NCBI GenBank assembly: GCA_963933635.1 | Contig: CAWVVM010000006.1 | Location: 9,481 to 73,480 of the forward strand | Source: an uncultured Flavobacteriales bacterium | Lineage (GTDB): Bacteria > Bacteroidota > Bacteroidia > Flavobacteriales_D > Sanyastnellaceae | Direction of reading: 5' to 3' | Length of the DNA stretch: 64,000 nt | Shown here: piece after piece, positions 1 through 9,102 of the stretch | Position numbering within the stretch: position 1 is the stretch's first letter | Layout: every line of letters starts with the position of its first letter | Notes under the pieces: generated by a model | What the model was told of the DNA's origin: nothing | Databases searched by the model: none | The model's input: the letters and a program-made list of their open reading frames with translations, nothing else | Made by a program: the position numbers and the translations under genes

Positions 1-1
1 C

Positions 2-247
2 TCATTGGGTTTGTGCGGTAGGTTGCATGCGCTTTCGGAAGATGCGCCGCACCAGATACCAAAGCCAAGCGATGCAAGGAAACAACCCCAAAGTGTAGCG
101 AGGTGTGGACTCCGACCACCACACCCAAATGACGTAAAGGGTAGTGCAGCTTGCGGCCACCAGCCAGAACCATTCCGCGGCACGGGCTGTCTTGTATTCA
201 AACGAAGGCTTTGTCGGAGGAGGTGTCATGTGGCAAAGGTCAGGCAT
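2..247 (-). CDS. hypothetical small membrane protein
   Basis: 81-codon ORF with a stop at 2-4. It has two hydrophobic stretches (WFWLVAASCTTLYVIWVWW and LGLFPCIAWLWYLV). It overlaps the stop of the upstream lptC-like gene by 8 nt. No family recognised. Confidence 0.3.
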   Translation of the reverse strand: MPDLCHMTPPPTKPSFEYKTARAAEWFWLVAASCTTLYVIWVWWSESTPRYTLGLFPCIAWLWYLVRRIFRKRMQPTAQTQ

Positions 248-896
248 CGGGCCCAGTGGGCAGTGAATCTCGGTCCAATGTCAAGTCGAAGGATCCTGTG
301 GGCGAAAGGATTTCATACCGCTCAAAGTGGCTGTCGGCCCGCAAGCCTCTGCCTCGAAGCACTCCTTGGGCCGTATGGATCACCACAGGTCTCTGGGTGT
401 GCACCACATCGGAGTCGTGGGACCAAATCAAGTGCTCCGTTTCCAGCCGCTCGCCCTCTTCGTTGACAAGGACCACATCGTCCCACGCCTCGAGTCGACC
501 GGCTTGGTCGTCGTAGGTGCCACGCTGGGCGGACAGGACGGCATTGTGGTCTTCGCGTGAACCGCCGATGTAGAGTGTGTAGCCTCCTCCAACTTGCCAA
601 AGGGGGGAGAGTCCCTCCCCTTCGGTCCCTGTTTGTTCCTCCCAACGTTCGAGCCGAGATGCTGCGAGGGACTGTATGATTTGGCCATTTTCTGTGTATT
701 CGAAATAACCGTCCACCACGAGTTGTGCAGGGAATCCTTCACGAGGATAAAGTCCACCCAATGGGGAGCTTTCACGCTCAGAGGGTTCTTGCGTTCCCTG
801 CGAACAGGAAGTGGCCGAGAAGAGGCCCAGACACACAACCGCCCAAACCTGAACAGTCGGGCAGTTGGAAATCGAATGGCAAGAACGTCCAATCAC
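240..896 (-). CDS. LptC/OstA-like periplasmic (lipo)protein, probable LPS-export component
   Basis: N-terminus is lipoprotein-like (VWAVVCLGLFSATSC). The C-terminal beta-rich pattern (RGTYDDQAGRLEAWDDVVLVNEEGERLETEHLIWSHDSDVVHTQRPVVIHT...GVLRGRGLRADSHFERYEI) matches my memory of Bacteroidota LptC. The ORF-track start at 944 is TTG and overlaps the upstream gene. A GTG at 896, 5 nt after the upstream stop, is preferred. Confidence 0.55.
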   Translation of the reverse strand: MIGRSCHSISNCPTVQVWAVVCLGLFSATSCSQGTQEPSERESSPLGGLYPREGFPAQLVVDGYFEYTENGQIIQSLAASRLERWEEQTGTEGEGLSPLWQVGGGYTLYIGGSREDHNAVLSAQRGTYDDQAGRLEAWDDVVLVNEEGERLETEHLIWSHDSDVVHTQRPVVIHTAQGVLRGRGLRADSHFERYEILSPTGSFDLTLDRDSLPTGPDA

Positions 897-901
897 GGGA
901 A

Positions 902-2302
902 TCAGCGCACGCGAATCGTGGTGGTCTCTCCCGAGCAAGGACAACCTGGCTTGTTGGGTACAGTGAACGTTCCGCCGGCTTGTTTGCCGTAGGTGAAAAT
1001 GTCGTCCACTGTGGGGAACTGCTTGGCCATGTTGTTCATTTTCTTGCCTGCCAGGTCGGCAAGCTCAGCATCGAGTCGCTTGGCCCTTGCGTAGTAGTCG
1101 GAGGCCACCCAGAATACAGAGCGGCTTCCCAAGGCCCCGTCATTGCACGATTGGGAGCTTCCCGCGATGGCATCCCCGATGAGCATGTAGGCGTCGCCAT
1201 TGTCGCTGTCGATGGCCAACACCTTGCGGGCATAGCTTTTTGCTGTGCTGCTGCGCCCCATGGCACTTGCAATTTGCCCAGTTTTGAGCAGGTAGGTCAG
1301 TTCTTCGGTACACCCTTCGCAACGTGAGACAGCATCTTCCATGTAGGCGAAGCTCGAGTCGAGCTCACTGGCTTTGGCAAACCCTATACCGATGGCATAG
1401 GCTGCTGGAGCAGACGGCTCCACGGCATACACCGAGGTCGCCACCGGCAAGAACAGGTTGTTGTCCGTGCAATCTTTCTTGTTGAGCAAACGGAGCACCT
1501 TTTGTTGAAGTTCCATGTTGGCAGAATCTGCGGCAATGGCAGAGGCCAAAACGGGGACCATGTCTTCGCAATCGGCGATGGCCACGAAGACCGTCTCGAT
1601 GTTCTTCTTCGCCTTTTCATACTTTTTCACGTCACGGTCTTTGCCAGCTTCGGTGGCGCGCGCCATGCCAGCCTCCACATGGTCCACCAGGCTGAGGTAG
1701 TCTGTGAGCATTTGCGCACGCATGCCCGATTGGGCCAAGGTGTCACCTTTCATCGTCCGCTTCATTGTGTAGAAGCTCGCAGTGTAGTATTGGTAGAGGG
1801 TGGTAGCCGAGGACTCGCCTTGAAGGCAATCCAAGCTTTCTTTGAACATTTCGTAGGCCGCTTGGTGCTCTGTCTTGTTGTACTTGTAAAAGTCGGTGGC
1901 CTTTCTTCCCAAAATGACGCAGCGGTTGTTGGGGCTGCGCTTTGTGCTTGGGTACAATTCCATGCGCTTGTCGTGCAAGTAAAGCAAGCTGTCCACCAAC
2001 ACCTCGTGCCTAGGGTCCTCTGCTTCCACAGCTTTCAACTGCTTGGCCACGAAGGTGGTGCCATCGGCGTAAAGTCCCTCACTTGCAGTTTCAGGACAAA
2101 CGTCGCATGCCTTCCTCCATTGGATGTAGGCTTCCTCGTAGTTCTTCTGCTTCTTGTAGGACTTGTAGACGCTCAGTGCTTCTTTGCATTTGAGCTGCTG
2201 GTCAGGCGTGTCTCCATAGCGACTGTCGTCTTGCGCCATGCCAGACAAAGGGGCCATCAACAGGAGCGAGCAAGCGGTCAAGAGTGTGGTTAGGACTTTC
2301 AT
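902..2302 (-). CDS. secreted helical-repeat (TPR-like) protein, function unknown
   Basis: ATG at 2302 gives the signal peptide MKVLTTLLTACSLLLMAPLSGMAQ. Composition is Ala/Leu/Lys/Tyr-rich and helical throughout. Lies in an operon string between the OMP-like gene and the lptC-like gene. Confidence 0.6.
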   Translation of the reverse strand: MKVLTTLLTACSLLLMAPLSGMAQDDSRYGDTPDQQLKCKEALSVYKSYKKQKNYEEAYIQWRKACDVCPETASEGLYADGTTFVAKQLKAVEAEDPRHEVLVDSLLYLHDKRMELYPSTKRSPNNRCVILGRKATDFYKYNKTEHQAAYEMFKESLDCLQGESSATTLYQYYTASFYTMKRTMKGDTLAQSGMRAQMLTDYLSLVDHVEAGMARATEAGKDRDVKKYEKAKKNIETVFVAIADCEDMVPVLASAIAADSANMELQQKVLRLLNKKDCTDNNLFLPVATSVYAVEPSAPAAYAIGIGFAKASELDSSFAYMEDAVSRCEGCTEELTYLLKTGQIASAMGRSSTAKSYARKVLAIDSDNGDAYMLIGDAIAGSSQSCNDGALGSRSVFWVASDYYARAKRLDAELADLAGKKMNNMAKQFPTVDDIFTYGKQAGGTFTVPNKPGCPCSGETTTIRVR

Positions 2303-2335
2303 TGTATAGGTTTTCTCAATTTCAAGGGTCAAGCA

Positions 2336-3766
2336 TCAGTCGTACAACCTAGGAGTCAGCCAAAGGTTTTTCACGAAGGGCGTCAGGGTGACCCCAATGT
2401 GGATGCGCATGTTGCTTTCTCTGTGGTACGAATCCAAATCGGTATAGCGACGGCCAAAATCCATGCCAAAGTGAAGCTGACTTGCGCTTCGGCTGCCTTT
2501 CAAAGGAGCATTGAAGCCGCAACTGGCCCTCCATTCCTGCAATTGCACGATTTCCCCATTGGTTGCTGAGGTGAGTTCCAATGGGAGCATGGAGTGGCTG
2601 AATCCCGCCCTGTAGGTCGTACGTGTGATCCTGCCTGGTTTTCTGCCTGGGGTCCATACCATCGCAATCGATCGCGACCATGCGTCGGCCCAGGTTCCGT
2701 CTCCATCCATGAGGTGACCGAGGGTTTCGTTGGCGCTGGTCCAGGATTGAGCATGGACATCCACAAACACCCCAAATCTGTTGCCACGCGCCCCATCGTA
2801 TTGGAAGCCTCCTCCAAGGGTCCACTTGGACGGGACGGTGCCGTCGAGCTCCGTCTGGATGAACTCGGTGGTGTCGATGCCGGTCACCACGCCTGAGAGC
2901 AGAACGGTGGATTCCGTCCTTTTCGTGAAGTCGGTATTCAAGGAGCGTTCGGGGCTCCATGTGCCCCCCAACCGCATCACCCAACTTCCTCTGAATTGCT
3001 TGAGATTGTCGTACCGCGCACGCAACACTTGAAACGCCTCGGCCCCGAGAATGAACCCGGTTGCACGCTGACGCGAAGAAACGACCGTACGCGCATCCCT
3101 GAAGGTGGGGTCGAGGATGTCGATGCGTGAGGTTTGCAAAGCGTCCCCAAACCAATGGTCCACTTGGGCACCGAGGTCCATCCCACGAACGCTGATTTGA
3201 ACGCTGTCCTTTGGACCAGCTGACACCCACGACTTTTTTCGCCAGCCTTGGGACAAGCCTACGTAAGCTCGTGCCAGCCCCCCTTCGCCTTCAAAGGCCG
3301 TGGACACCTCCCCCAATGCAGTATCTGTCAGGTTCCGCTGCACCAAATAGGCTTTGGAGGTCATGGGGGTTAAGCCGAGGCTGAAGGCAGAACGGGCGCG
3401 GGGTCGTTTGATCACCAAACCAAAGTTCCCTGCCCCTCCCGTCCAAGCGTTGGATGTTTGGTCCCCTTCTGACAATTGCATGCCTTGAACATGAATCGAC
3501 CCTTGAAAAGTGGGATTGCCCAAAGCAGCGGCAGAAGCCGGTTGATCGGGATTGGCAAAAACGTTGTCAGGATTGACGGAAATCAAACCCACCGTACTGG
3601 CAAGTCCCGGACTGATTTGGCCTTGAGAGGTCCCCAGTCCAAACCGCGCAAAGGGGCTAAAGTCTGTTTCTTGTGCCTTGGAATCCGTGCCCATGGTCAA
3701 GCCCATCACAAGGAGTCCTGCTTGGAGGCTGGAGGCCAAAGAAAAAGCGCGTTTACCGATGATCAT
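2336..3766 (-). CDS. outer-membrane beta-barrel-like protein, function unknown
   Basis: 476 aa. Has a signal peptide ending ...DSKAQ. Gly/Ser/Thr/aromatic strands alternate throughout. The start overlaps the coaX stop by 14 nt. Confidence 0.6.
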   Translation of the reverse strand: MIIGKRAFSLASSLQAGLLVMGLTMGTDSKAQETDFSPFARFGLGTSQGQISPGLASTVGLISVNPDNVFANPDQPASAAALGNPTFQGSIHVQGMQLSEGDQTSNAWTGGAGNFGLVIKRPRARSAFSLGLTPMTSKAYLVQRNLTDTALGEVSTAFEGEGGLARAYVGLSQGWRKKSWVSAGPKDSVQISVRGMDLGAQVDHWFGDALQTSRIDILDPTFRDARTVVSSRQRATGFILGAEAFQVLRARYDNLKQFRGSWVMRLGGTWSPERSLNTDFTKRTESTVLLSGVVTGIDTTEFIQTELDGTVPSKWTLGGGFQYDGARGNRFGVFVDVHAQSWTSANETLGHLMDGDGTWADAWSRSIAMVWTPGRKPGRITRTTYRAGFSHSMLPLELTSATNGEIVQLQEWRASCGFNAPLKGSRSASQLHFGMDFGRRYTDLDSYHRESNMRIHIGVTLTPFVKNLWLTPRLYD

Positions 3767-4526
3767 GGGCGTGTTGAAAGAGAGCGTGAAACCCTTTAAG
3801 GGTCAAATGAGCGTCGGCGAATTTCGGTGAGATGGTGCGGAGTTCCAAGAACTTCGCGTCTCCTCCTGCGAGGATCAAGCCGAGATTTGGCATCTGTTGG
3901 CGCAAAGCCCGCCATTTCCCTGTGATTTCTGCATCCATCCCCCCCAGGACGCCGGCGAGCATGGCGCGCTCCGTGGAGTTTCCCACTGCGGAAGCATGGC
4001 TTAAACTCTCTTGATCGAGAGGGATTTGAATGGCCGGAAGGGCCTGTGCATGGTCGTGCATGGCGTTCAATCGAAGTTGTGCGCCAGGAGAGATGGTCCC
4101 ACCCAAGTGCTTGCCGCCTGACACCAAGTCCATGGTCAAACAAGTGCCAGCGTCCACCACCAGCCATTCCCCTGCGGCATTTGCCCCAGTCACCGCTCCT
4201 TGAAGAACGGCCCAAGCATTGGCCACGCGATCGAGGCCCAATGAATTCGACGGAACCGAAGCTGTTGTCAGGGGCACCTCATCTCCGGGCCGCATGACCT
4301 TGGCAAACGGAGCCACCTGCAACCATGGATCGAGGTTGCCGCTGCCCGTGATGCAGATGACATCTTCAGGTGCAGTTTGTGCAGACCAGGTAGCCATCGC
4401 ATGGAGCGGGTCGGGAGGGATGTTTATGGCTTCGACAGAAACCGGATCTGCTGAGGGGCCGTTGGCCTCGGGGAAGGCTGCCCACTTGGCGCGGGTGTTT
4501 CCGACTTCAAGGACCCAGATGTTCAT
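3753..4526 (-). CDS. coaX: type III pantothenate kinase
   Basis: Motifs seen: N-terminal LEVGNTRAK, and VVDAGTCLTMDLVSGGKHLGGTISPG. The ATG at 4526 forms an ATGA overlap with the gldD stop. The ORF-track start at 4532 is GTG. Confidence 0.85.
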   Translation of the reverse strand: MNIWVLEVGNTRAKWAAFPEANGPSADPVSVEAINIPPDPLHAMATWSAQTAPEDVICITGSGNLDPWLQVAPFAKVMRPGDEVPLTTASVPSNSLGLDRVANAWAVLQGAVTGANAAGEWLVVDAGTCLTMDLVSGGKHLGGTISPGAQLRLNAMHDHAQALPAIQIPLDQESLSHASAVGNSTERAMLAGVLGGMDAEITGKWRALRQQMPNLGLILAGGDAKFLELRTISPKFADAHLTLKGFHALFQHAHDHR

Positions 4527-5137
4527 GACCACTTCAAGGTTTCCATCAGCTTTCGAACGTCGGCTTCCATGCGGTCCAAGACGGGTGCCGTGCTGTCGGG
4601 GTTGGGACGGTGGTTGAAGTAAAGGGACCCACGCATGAAATGCTGTGTGCTGTCCGTGATGTAGAACTGCATGGGGGTGGCCACAGGGCCTTCCAGAAGA
4701 AAGATCATGCCGAATTTCCCGGGGAGTTCAAAGGACTGCCTTCGGATGCCAGTGGCCGCCGATTCATGCCCAAACACCAGGGACTGGGCATCCTTCATCA
4801 ACTGATTTAAATCAGTCCCCACTGCTCGTTCTGTGCAGTGGATCCTTGCTTGAAATCGAGGGAAGGCCAAGTTGTACCAACATCCTTGTTCCTGAGCAGG
4901 GGTGTTCCTCAATTCGACTTTGGCGTGACGAGGCAGCCGAAATGAAGTTCCACAGGAAGAAGTGTAGGTTGCGGTGGCCGTATCTGGCAAGGTGAGACGC
5001 ACTTGCCCGAGGGGTTTGGGCACAATGGCTTTTTCCGGCTGTACCCACCAGCCCACCGCCACAAGAAGCGCAACAATGCCGGCCACCCATGGCCAGATCG
5101 TTCTGTTCACATTGGGGGCTGAGGGTTGGGCCGTCAT
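4523..5137 (-). CDS. gldD: gliding motility protein GldD
   Basis: The C-terminal block QFYITDSTQHFMRGSLYFNHRPNPDSTAPVLDRMEADVRKLMETLKW matches the GldD family as I remember it. It sits immediately downstream of gldE, as in Flavobacterium johnsoniae. The N-terminus is a hydrophobic anchor without a lipobox Cys. Confidence 0.75.
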   Translation of the reverse strand: MTAQPSAPNVNRTIWPWVAGIVALLVAVGWWVQPEKAIVPKPLGQVRLTLPDTATATYTSSCGTSFRLPRHAKVELRNTPAQEQGCWYNLAFPRFQARIHCTERAVGTDLNQLMKDAQSLVFGHESAATGIRRQSFELPGKFGMIFLLEGPVATPMQFYITDSTQHFMRGSLYFNHRPNPDSTAPVLDRMEADVRKLMETLKWS

Positions 5138-6483
5138 GTTTGGTTTGTGGTTGAGGAATCACCGTTGGCTCCTTCTGTTGAGGGGAGCACCACCTTGATT
5201 CGATGGATCCTGCGCGCATCGCCGGCATCCACCTGCAACGTCGTTCCTTGAAACGAGACCGACTCTCCGTGTCGGAGCATGCGGCCGGATTGCTCCACCA
5301 TGAATCCGCCCAAGGTGTCGCTTTCGCCTTTATGAGCTTCCCAAACTTCCTCGTCGAGGCCCAAGATGCGGTATGCATCAAGCAATGGCGTCTTCGCCTC
5401 CATCAAGTATGTGCGTTCGTCCAAAATCGAATGCATCACATCTTCATCGTCGAATTCGTCTGCGATTTCTCCCACAATCTCCTCCATCACATCCTCCAAG
5501 GTGACCAAGCCGCTGGTCCCGCCATACTCGTCCACCACAATCGCCAAGTGCACTTTGCGTTCCTGAAATTCTCGGAGAAGGTCATCGATTTTCTTGCTCT
5601 CGGGAATGTACATGGGGGGGCGAATCACCACCGTCCAATCCACGTCCTCGTTGTGGAGCAAGGGAAGCAAGTCCTTGACGTGGAGCACCCCGGCAATGTT
5701 GTCAATGGATCCGTCTTGGATAGGGATTCGACTGAACCCAGAGGCGACAATGGTCGCGCGGACATGCTTCCAAGGGTCCTCTTTGGCAAACGACACCATG
5801 TCGGTGCGTGGGGTCATGACTTGCTTGGCGTCCTTCGATCCAAAGCTGACAATGCCTTCCAAAATTCGTTGTTCATCAGGGGTTCGTCCAGCGTTGTCTG
5901 TCAATTCCAATGCTTGCTCCAAGTCTTCCACACTCACTTCCAGATTGGGGCTGGCCAATTGACGGTCCATCCATCGGCCCATGCCCACGAGGGGCTGCCA
6001 AACAGGACGGAGAACACGTTGGGAAAACTTCAAAGGCGCTGCAGTGAATTTGGCCAGACGAACGCCAAACTTCGTGGCGTAAATCTTGGGGACCACTTCC
6101 CCAAAAAGCACCAACAAAAAGGTCACCCCCACCACGTGGACCAAGGTTCCCAACCACGCCGGCATGGATTGGCTGGGCAACAAGTCTTCTGCCACGACGG
6201 TGGCCATCAAAACGATGGAGATGTTGACCAAGTTGTTCACCACCAAAATCGTGGCGAGCAAATTTCGAGGGCCGTCTGTTGGGTTGGGCGAGCGCATCAG
6301 GCGCAGCACTTTGTCGGCCCGAGGGGAGTCCTCTTGCTCCAAATCGTGCAGTGCCTGAGGAGACAAGTTGAAGAAGGCTACTTCCGAACCTGACACCAGG
6401 GCAGAAACCACAAGGAGCAATCCCACCACCACAAGGGTAGGGGCATGGTCCATCCAAGGAATGCCGACGGAAGCCGTGTTCAT
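5134..6483 (-). CDS. gldE: gliding motility protein GldE (CNNM/DUF21 membrane domain + CBS pair + CorC/HlyC C-terminal domain)
   Basis: Four N-terminal TM helices are followed by a CBS-pair region and a CorC-type C-terminus (GGFMVEQSGRMLRHGESVSF). Its position between ssb and gldD reproduces the published mutY-ssb-gldE-gldD arrangement. Confidence 0.8.
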   Translation of the reverse strand: MNTASVGIPWMDHAPTLVVVGLLLVVSALVSGSEVAFFNLSPQALHDLEQEDSPRADKVLRLMRSPNPTDGPRNLLATILVVNNLVNISIVLMATVVAEDLLPSQSMPAWLGTLVHVVGVTFLLVLFGEVVPKIYATKFGVRLAKFTAAPLKFSQRVLRPVWQPLVGMGRWMDRQLASPNLEVSVEDLEQALELTDNAGRTPDEQRILEGIVSFGSKDAKQVMTPRTDMVSFAKEDPWKHVRATIVASGFSRIPIQDGSIDNIAGVLHVKDLLPLLHNEDVDWTVVIRPPMYIPESKKIDDLLREFQERKVHLAIVVDEYGGTSGLVTLEDVMEEIVGEIADEFDDEDVMHSILDERTYLMEAKTPLLDAYRILGLDEEVWEAHKGESDTLGGFMVEQSGRMLRHGESVSFQGTTLQVDAGDARRIHRIKVVLPSTEGANGDSSTTNQT

Positions 6484-6498
6484 TCAGGCAAGGTCCAT

Positions 6499-6981
6499 TC
6501 AGAAGGGCAAGTCGTCCGCCTGACCTGATGCGGCTTGGGCGGCTTGGACGGGCGCGGCTGGCGCTGCGGCCTTGGTCGCAGCTGGGGCTGAAGCTACAGC
6601 AACAGGCTCTGCAGTAGATTTTTGGGACTGGGCGTTGTCCCTTCCAGGAGCTGGGCCCAACAATTGCATGACGTCTGCAACCACCTCAGTGGTGTATCGG
6701 TTTTGGCCCTGCTGGTCCTGCCACTGACGGGTTTTCAATTTGCCCTCAATGAAAACTTGCGAACCTGTCTTAAGGTACTTCCCGGCCGTTTCTGCCAAGC
6801 CCCGCCAAAGCACGACATTGTGCCATTCGGTGGTGGTGACTCGTTCTCCGGAAGCCCGGTCGGTGTAGGATTCAGAGGTGGCCATGCGCAAAGAGCACAC
6901 GGCAATGCCGTTGGGGGTGTAACGCAATTCTGGCTGTTGGCCGAGGTTGCCTACGAGGATGACTTTGTTGATGCCTGCCAT
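6499..6981 (-). CDS. ssb: single-stranded DNA-binding protein
   Basis: OB-fold N-terminus [25 protein letters not shown]. Has an Ala/Pro/Gln-rich linker and the acidic tail DDLPF. ATG at 6981 is preferred over the longer ORF-track start. Confidence 0.9.
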   Translation of the reverse strand: MAGINKVILVGNLGQQPELRYTPNGIAVCSLRMATSESYTDRASGERVTTTEWHNVVLWRGLAETAGKYLKTGSQVFIEGKLKTRQWQDQQGQNRYTTEVVADVMQLLGPAPGRDNAQSQKSTAEPVAVASAPAATKAAAPAAPVQAAQAASGQADDLPF

Positions 6982-7004
6982 GCTTCGAAGGTACTGCTTC
7001 TCCC

Positions 7005-8072
7005 TCACTCTCGGCTGCCAAGAACGGAGAGGAGTTCGTCAAACACTTTTGTCATCAACCTGGGTCTTGCCTTTTGGTCCAAAACCTCCCAACGCATGGT
7101 CGTTCCGCCGACGGACTGCGCATAGGTTTCCAAGGCCTGCATGTTGGGGGCTCGATGTCCGATGAATTGCGCCTCAATCCTTCTGTGGGTGAGCAAGTGG
7201 GTCACCGGCTCGTGCAGTTCGCCAAGGGCCGAAAAGGCATCAGGCCTCGATTCTGGAAACACCCACATGGTGGGCCAAATCCCCGTGGATGGACGCTGCA
7301 AGGCCACAACTTGGTCCCCAAATGTGGCGATGTGCCATTGCAAACACCAAAGGGTCGCCTTCTTTTTTTTCTTCTTGACGGGCAAACGCTCCCAGGCCTC
7401 CGGATGGTTTGCGGAGGAGCAGTCCGAGGCGAGCGGGCATTCGTGGCACTTGGGGGAGCGGGGACTGCAAAGAAGGGCTCCGAGTTCCATGACCGCTTGG
7501 TTGTGGTCCCCCGGATGTTCGGTGTCGAGCAGGGCGTCTGCAAGACGTTGGATTTCTTTCGCGCCATCAGGTGCATCGACGGGCTCCGACATCCCAGCCC
7601 AACGTGACAGCACGCGCTGTACGTTGCCGTCGACCGCGGCCACCGGGACATTGAGTCCAATGGAGGCGATGGCAGCAGAGGTGTACGGCCCCACGCCGGG
7701 CAATGCAAGCCAGCCTTGGTGGGTGTCCGGGAAATCCTTGGCCTCTTCTATGACCTTGGCGGCTCGGTGCAAAAGCCGAGCCCGTCGGTAATAGCCCAAT
7801 CCCTCCCAAGCCTTCATCACATCGTCCTCAGAGGCAGCAGCCAAATCTCCCACGGTTGGGAAGAGCTCCATGAACAGATGCCACTTCGGAATCCCGGTCT
7901 TTACCCTCGTTTGCTGGAGCATGATTTCACTGAGCCATGTTCCATACAAGGACGGAGATGTCCTCCAAGGCAACGCTCTGGCAGCCTCAGAATACCAACG
8001 TCGAAGGGCCGCTCGTGCACTTGAAGACCTCCGATGGAGGGATGCATTTTGCAGAAAACCCTTGTCATCCAT
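7005..8072 (-). CDS. mutY: A/G-specific adenine DNA glycosylase
   Basis: HhH-GPD core (LMLQQTRV-type, [15 protein letters not shown]). Has the 4Fe-4S cluster loop [17 protein letters not shown] and a NUDIX-like C-terminal domain. The start is either ATG 8072 or GTG 8105. Confidence 0.9.
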   Translation of the reverse strand: MDDKGFLQNASLHRRSSSARAALRRWYSEAARALPWRTSPSLYGTWLSEIMLQQTRVKTGIPKWHLFMELFPTVGDLAAASEDDVMKAWEGLGYYRRARLLHRAAKVIEEAKDFPDTHQGWLALPGVGPYTSAAIASIGLNVPVAAVDGNVQRVLSRWAGMSEPVDAPDGAKEIQRLADALLDTEHPGDHNQAVMELGALLCSPRSPKCHECPLASDCSSANHPEAWERLPVKKKKKKATLWCLQWHIATFGDQVVALQRPSTGIWPTMWVFPESRPDAFSALGELHEPVTHLLTHRRIEAQFIGHRAPNMQALETYAQSVGGTTMRWEVLDQKARPRLMTKVFDELLSVLGSRE

Positions 8073-8182
8073 TTCGTTTTCAAAGGTATGGGTGTATTTT
8101 CGCACCCCCGAAAACGCGCATCTGAGCGCGCGGATTCAGGGATTGAAACCTTGACAAACAACCTTCAGACCCCTCTCAAATC

Positions 8183-8473
8183 ATGACTAAGGCGGACATT
8201 GTAAGCCAAATTTCGGAGCAAACCGGAATGGAAAAAGGAGACGTTCAAGTGACGGTGGAAGCGTTCATGCGCGCCGTCCGTAGCAACTTGGAAAGTGGTG
8301 AAAACGTTTATTTGCGAGGGTTTGGGAGCTTCGTGGTGAAAACCAGAGCTGCCAAAACAGGACGCAACATTTTGGCGAAAAAGTCCATCCAGATCCCAGC
8401 GCACAACATTCCATCCTTCAAGCCAAGCAAAGACTTTGTGGAGAATGTGAAACTCAACGTGAAGGTCAAATAA
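8183..8473 (+). CDS. HU family DNA-binding protein
   Basis: 96 aa. Carries the classic HU pattern MTKADIVSQISEQTGMEKGDV...LRGFGSF..K.RAAKTGRN...IPAHNIPSFKPSK. Confidence 0.9.
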   Translation: MTKADIVSQISEQTGMEKGDVQVTVEAFMRAVRSNLESGENVYLRGFGSFVVKTRAAKTGRNILAKKSIQIPAHNIPSFKPSKDFVENVKLNVKVK

Positions 8474-8479
8474 GCGCTT

Positions 8480-9091
8480 ATGAAGGTCTCTCGCTCCACA
8501 TGGGTTTTGGTGGCCGGCGCTTTGGTGCTGGTGGCAGGCATCCTCTTGATGCCTCGCACCCCTGCCTCTGCGGAGCAAGTCCAAGGCCATGACCATGTGG
8601 CCCTTGAGGACATTGGCACCGACCCCGTGGACCTCGCCGTGGCCAAGGTCAATGGCGAAAACCCGATGACAGGCATTTTGGAATTGCGGGCCATGGCCGA
8701 TGCCACTCCGCCCAACATGGATGCGGTGCTTTGGCTGGGGCGTTTCTCTGTGCAGAGTGGACAGCTCGAAAAGGCGCGCGAGCGTTTTGAGCAGGTCATT
8801 GCCGCGGCCCCCGACCGGGTAGAAGCCTATTGGGAGCGGGCGATGTTGGACATGGAGGAAGGTTTCTTGGAAGATGCCGTGCAAGGGTTTGACCTTTGCA
8901 TCTCTGCAGATGAATTGTATGTGAATGGACGATTTTTCAAGGCCCGATGTCTCGAGGCCATGGATCAGGGTGCACTCGCATTGACTGAATACAAATCCTA
9001 CCTTCCCGTGGCGCCGGACACTGCCGTGGCCCGCAGCGTGGAAGGCATTATCGAACGGCTTGAATCTGAGCTTTCAGGTTCCGGCAATTAA
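8480..9091 (+). CDS. tetratricopeptide-repeat protein with N-terminal membrane anchor
   Basis: Hydrophobic N-terminus (WVLVAGALVLVAGILLM) followed by TPR-like helices (LWLGRFSVQSGQLEKARERFEQVIAAAPDRVEAYWERA). Confidence 0.6.
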   Translation: MKVSRSTWVLVAGALVLVAGILLMPRTPASAEQVQGHDHVALEDIGTDPVDLAVAKVNGENPMTGILELRAMADATPPNMDAVLWLGRFSVQSGQLEKARERFEQVIAAAPDRVEAYWERAMLDMEEGFLEDAVQGFDLCISADELYVNGRFFKARCLEAMDQGALALTEYKSYLPVAPDTAVARSVEGIIERLESELSGSGN

Positions 9092-9102
9092 ACTACCATA
9101 CC

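Noticed and set aside
5203-6393. 396-aa plus-strand ORF
   Set aside because: It is antisense to gldE (CNNM/CBS/CorC motifs on the minus strand). Composition is typical of an antisense shadow.
8115-8130. 5-bp GC hairpin (cgcgc-atctga-gcgcg) in the mutY/HU divergent region
   Set aside because: The stem is too short and has no T-tract. It lies upstream of both genes, so it is not a terminator, and there is no evidence that it is an operator.
8150-8155. TTGACA hexamer upstream of the HU gene as a sigma-70 -35 box
   Set aside because: There is no matching -10 or TAnnTTTG box at an appropriate distance. Bacteroidota housekeeping promoters do not follow the E. coli consensus, so this is not reportable as a promoter.
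8165-8884. 239-aa minus-strand ORF
   Set aside because: It is antisense to the HU gene and the TPR gene. The HU call is unambiguous.
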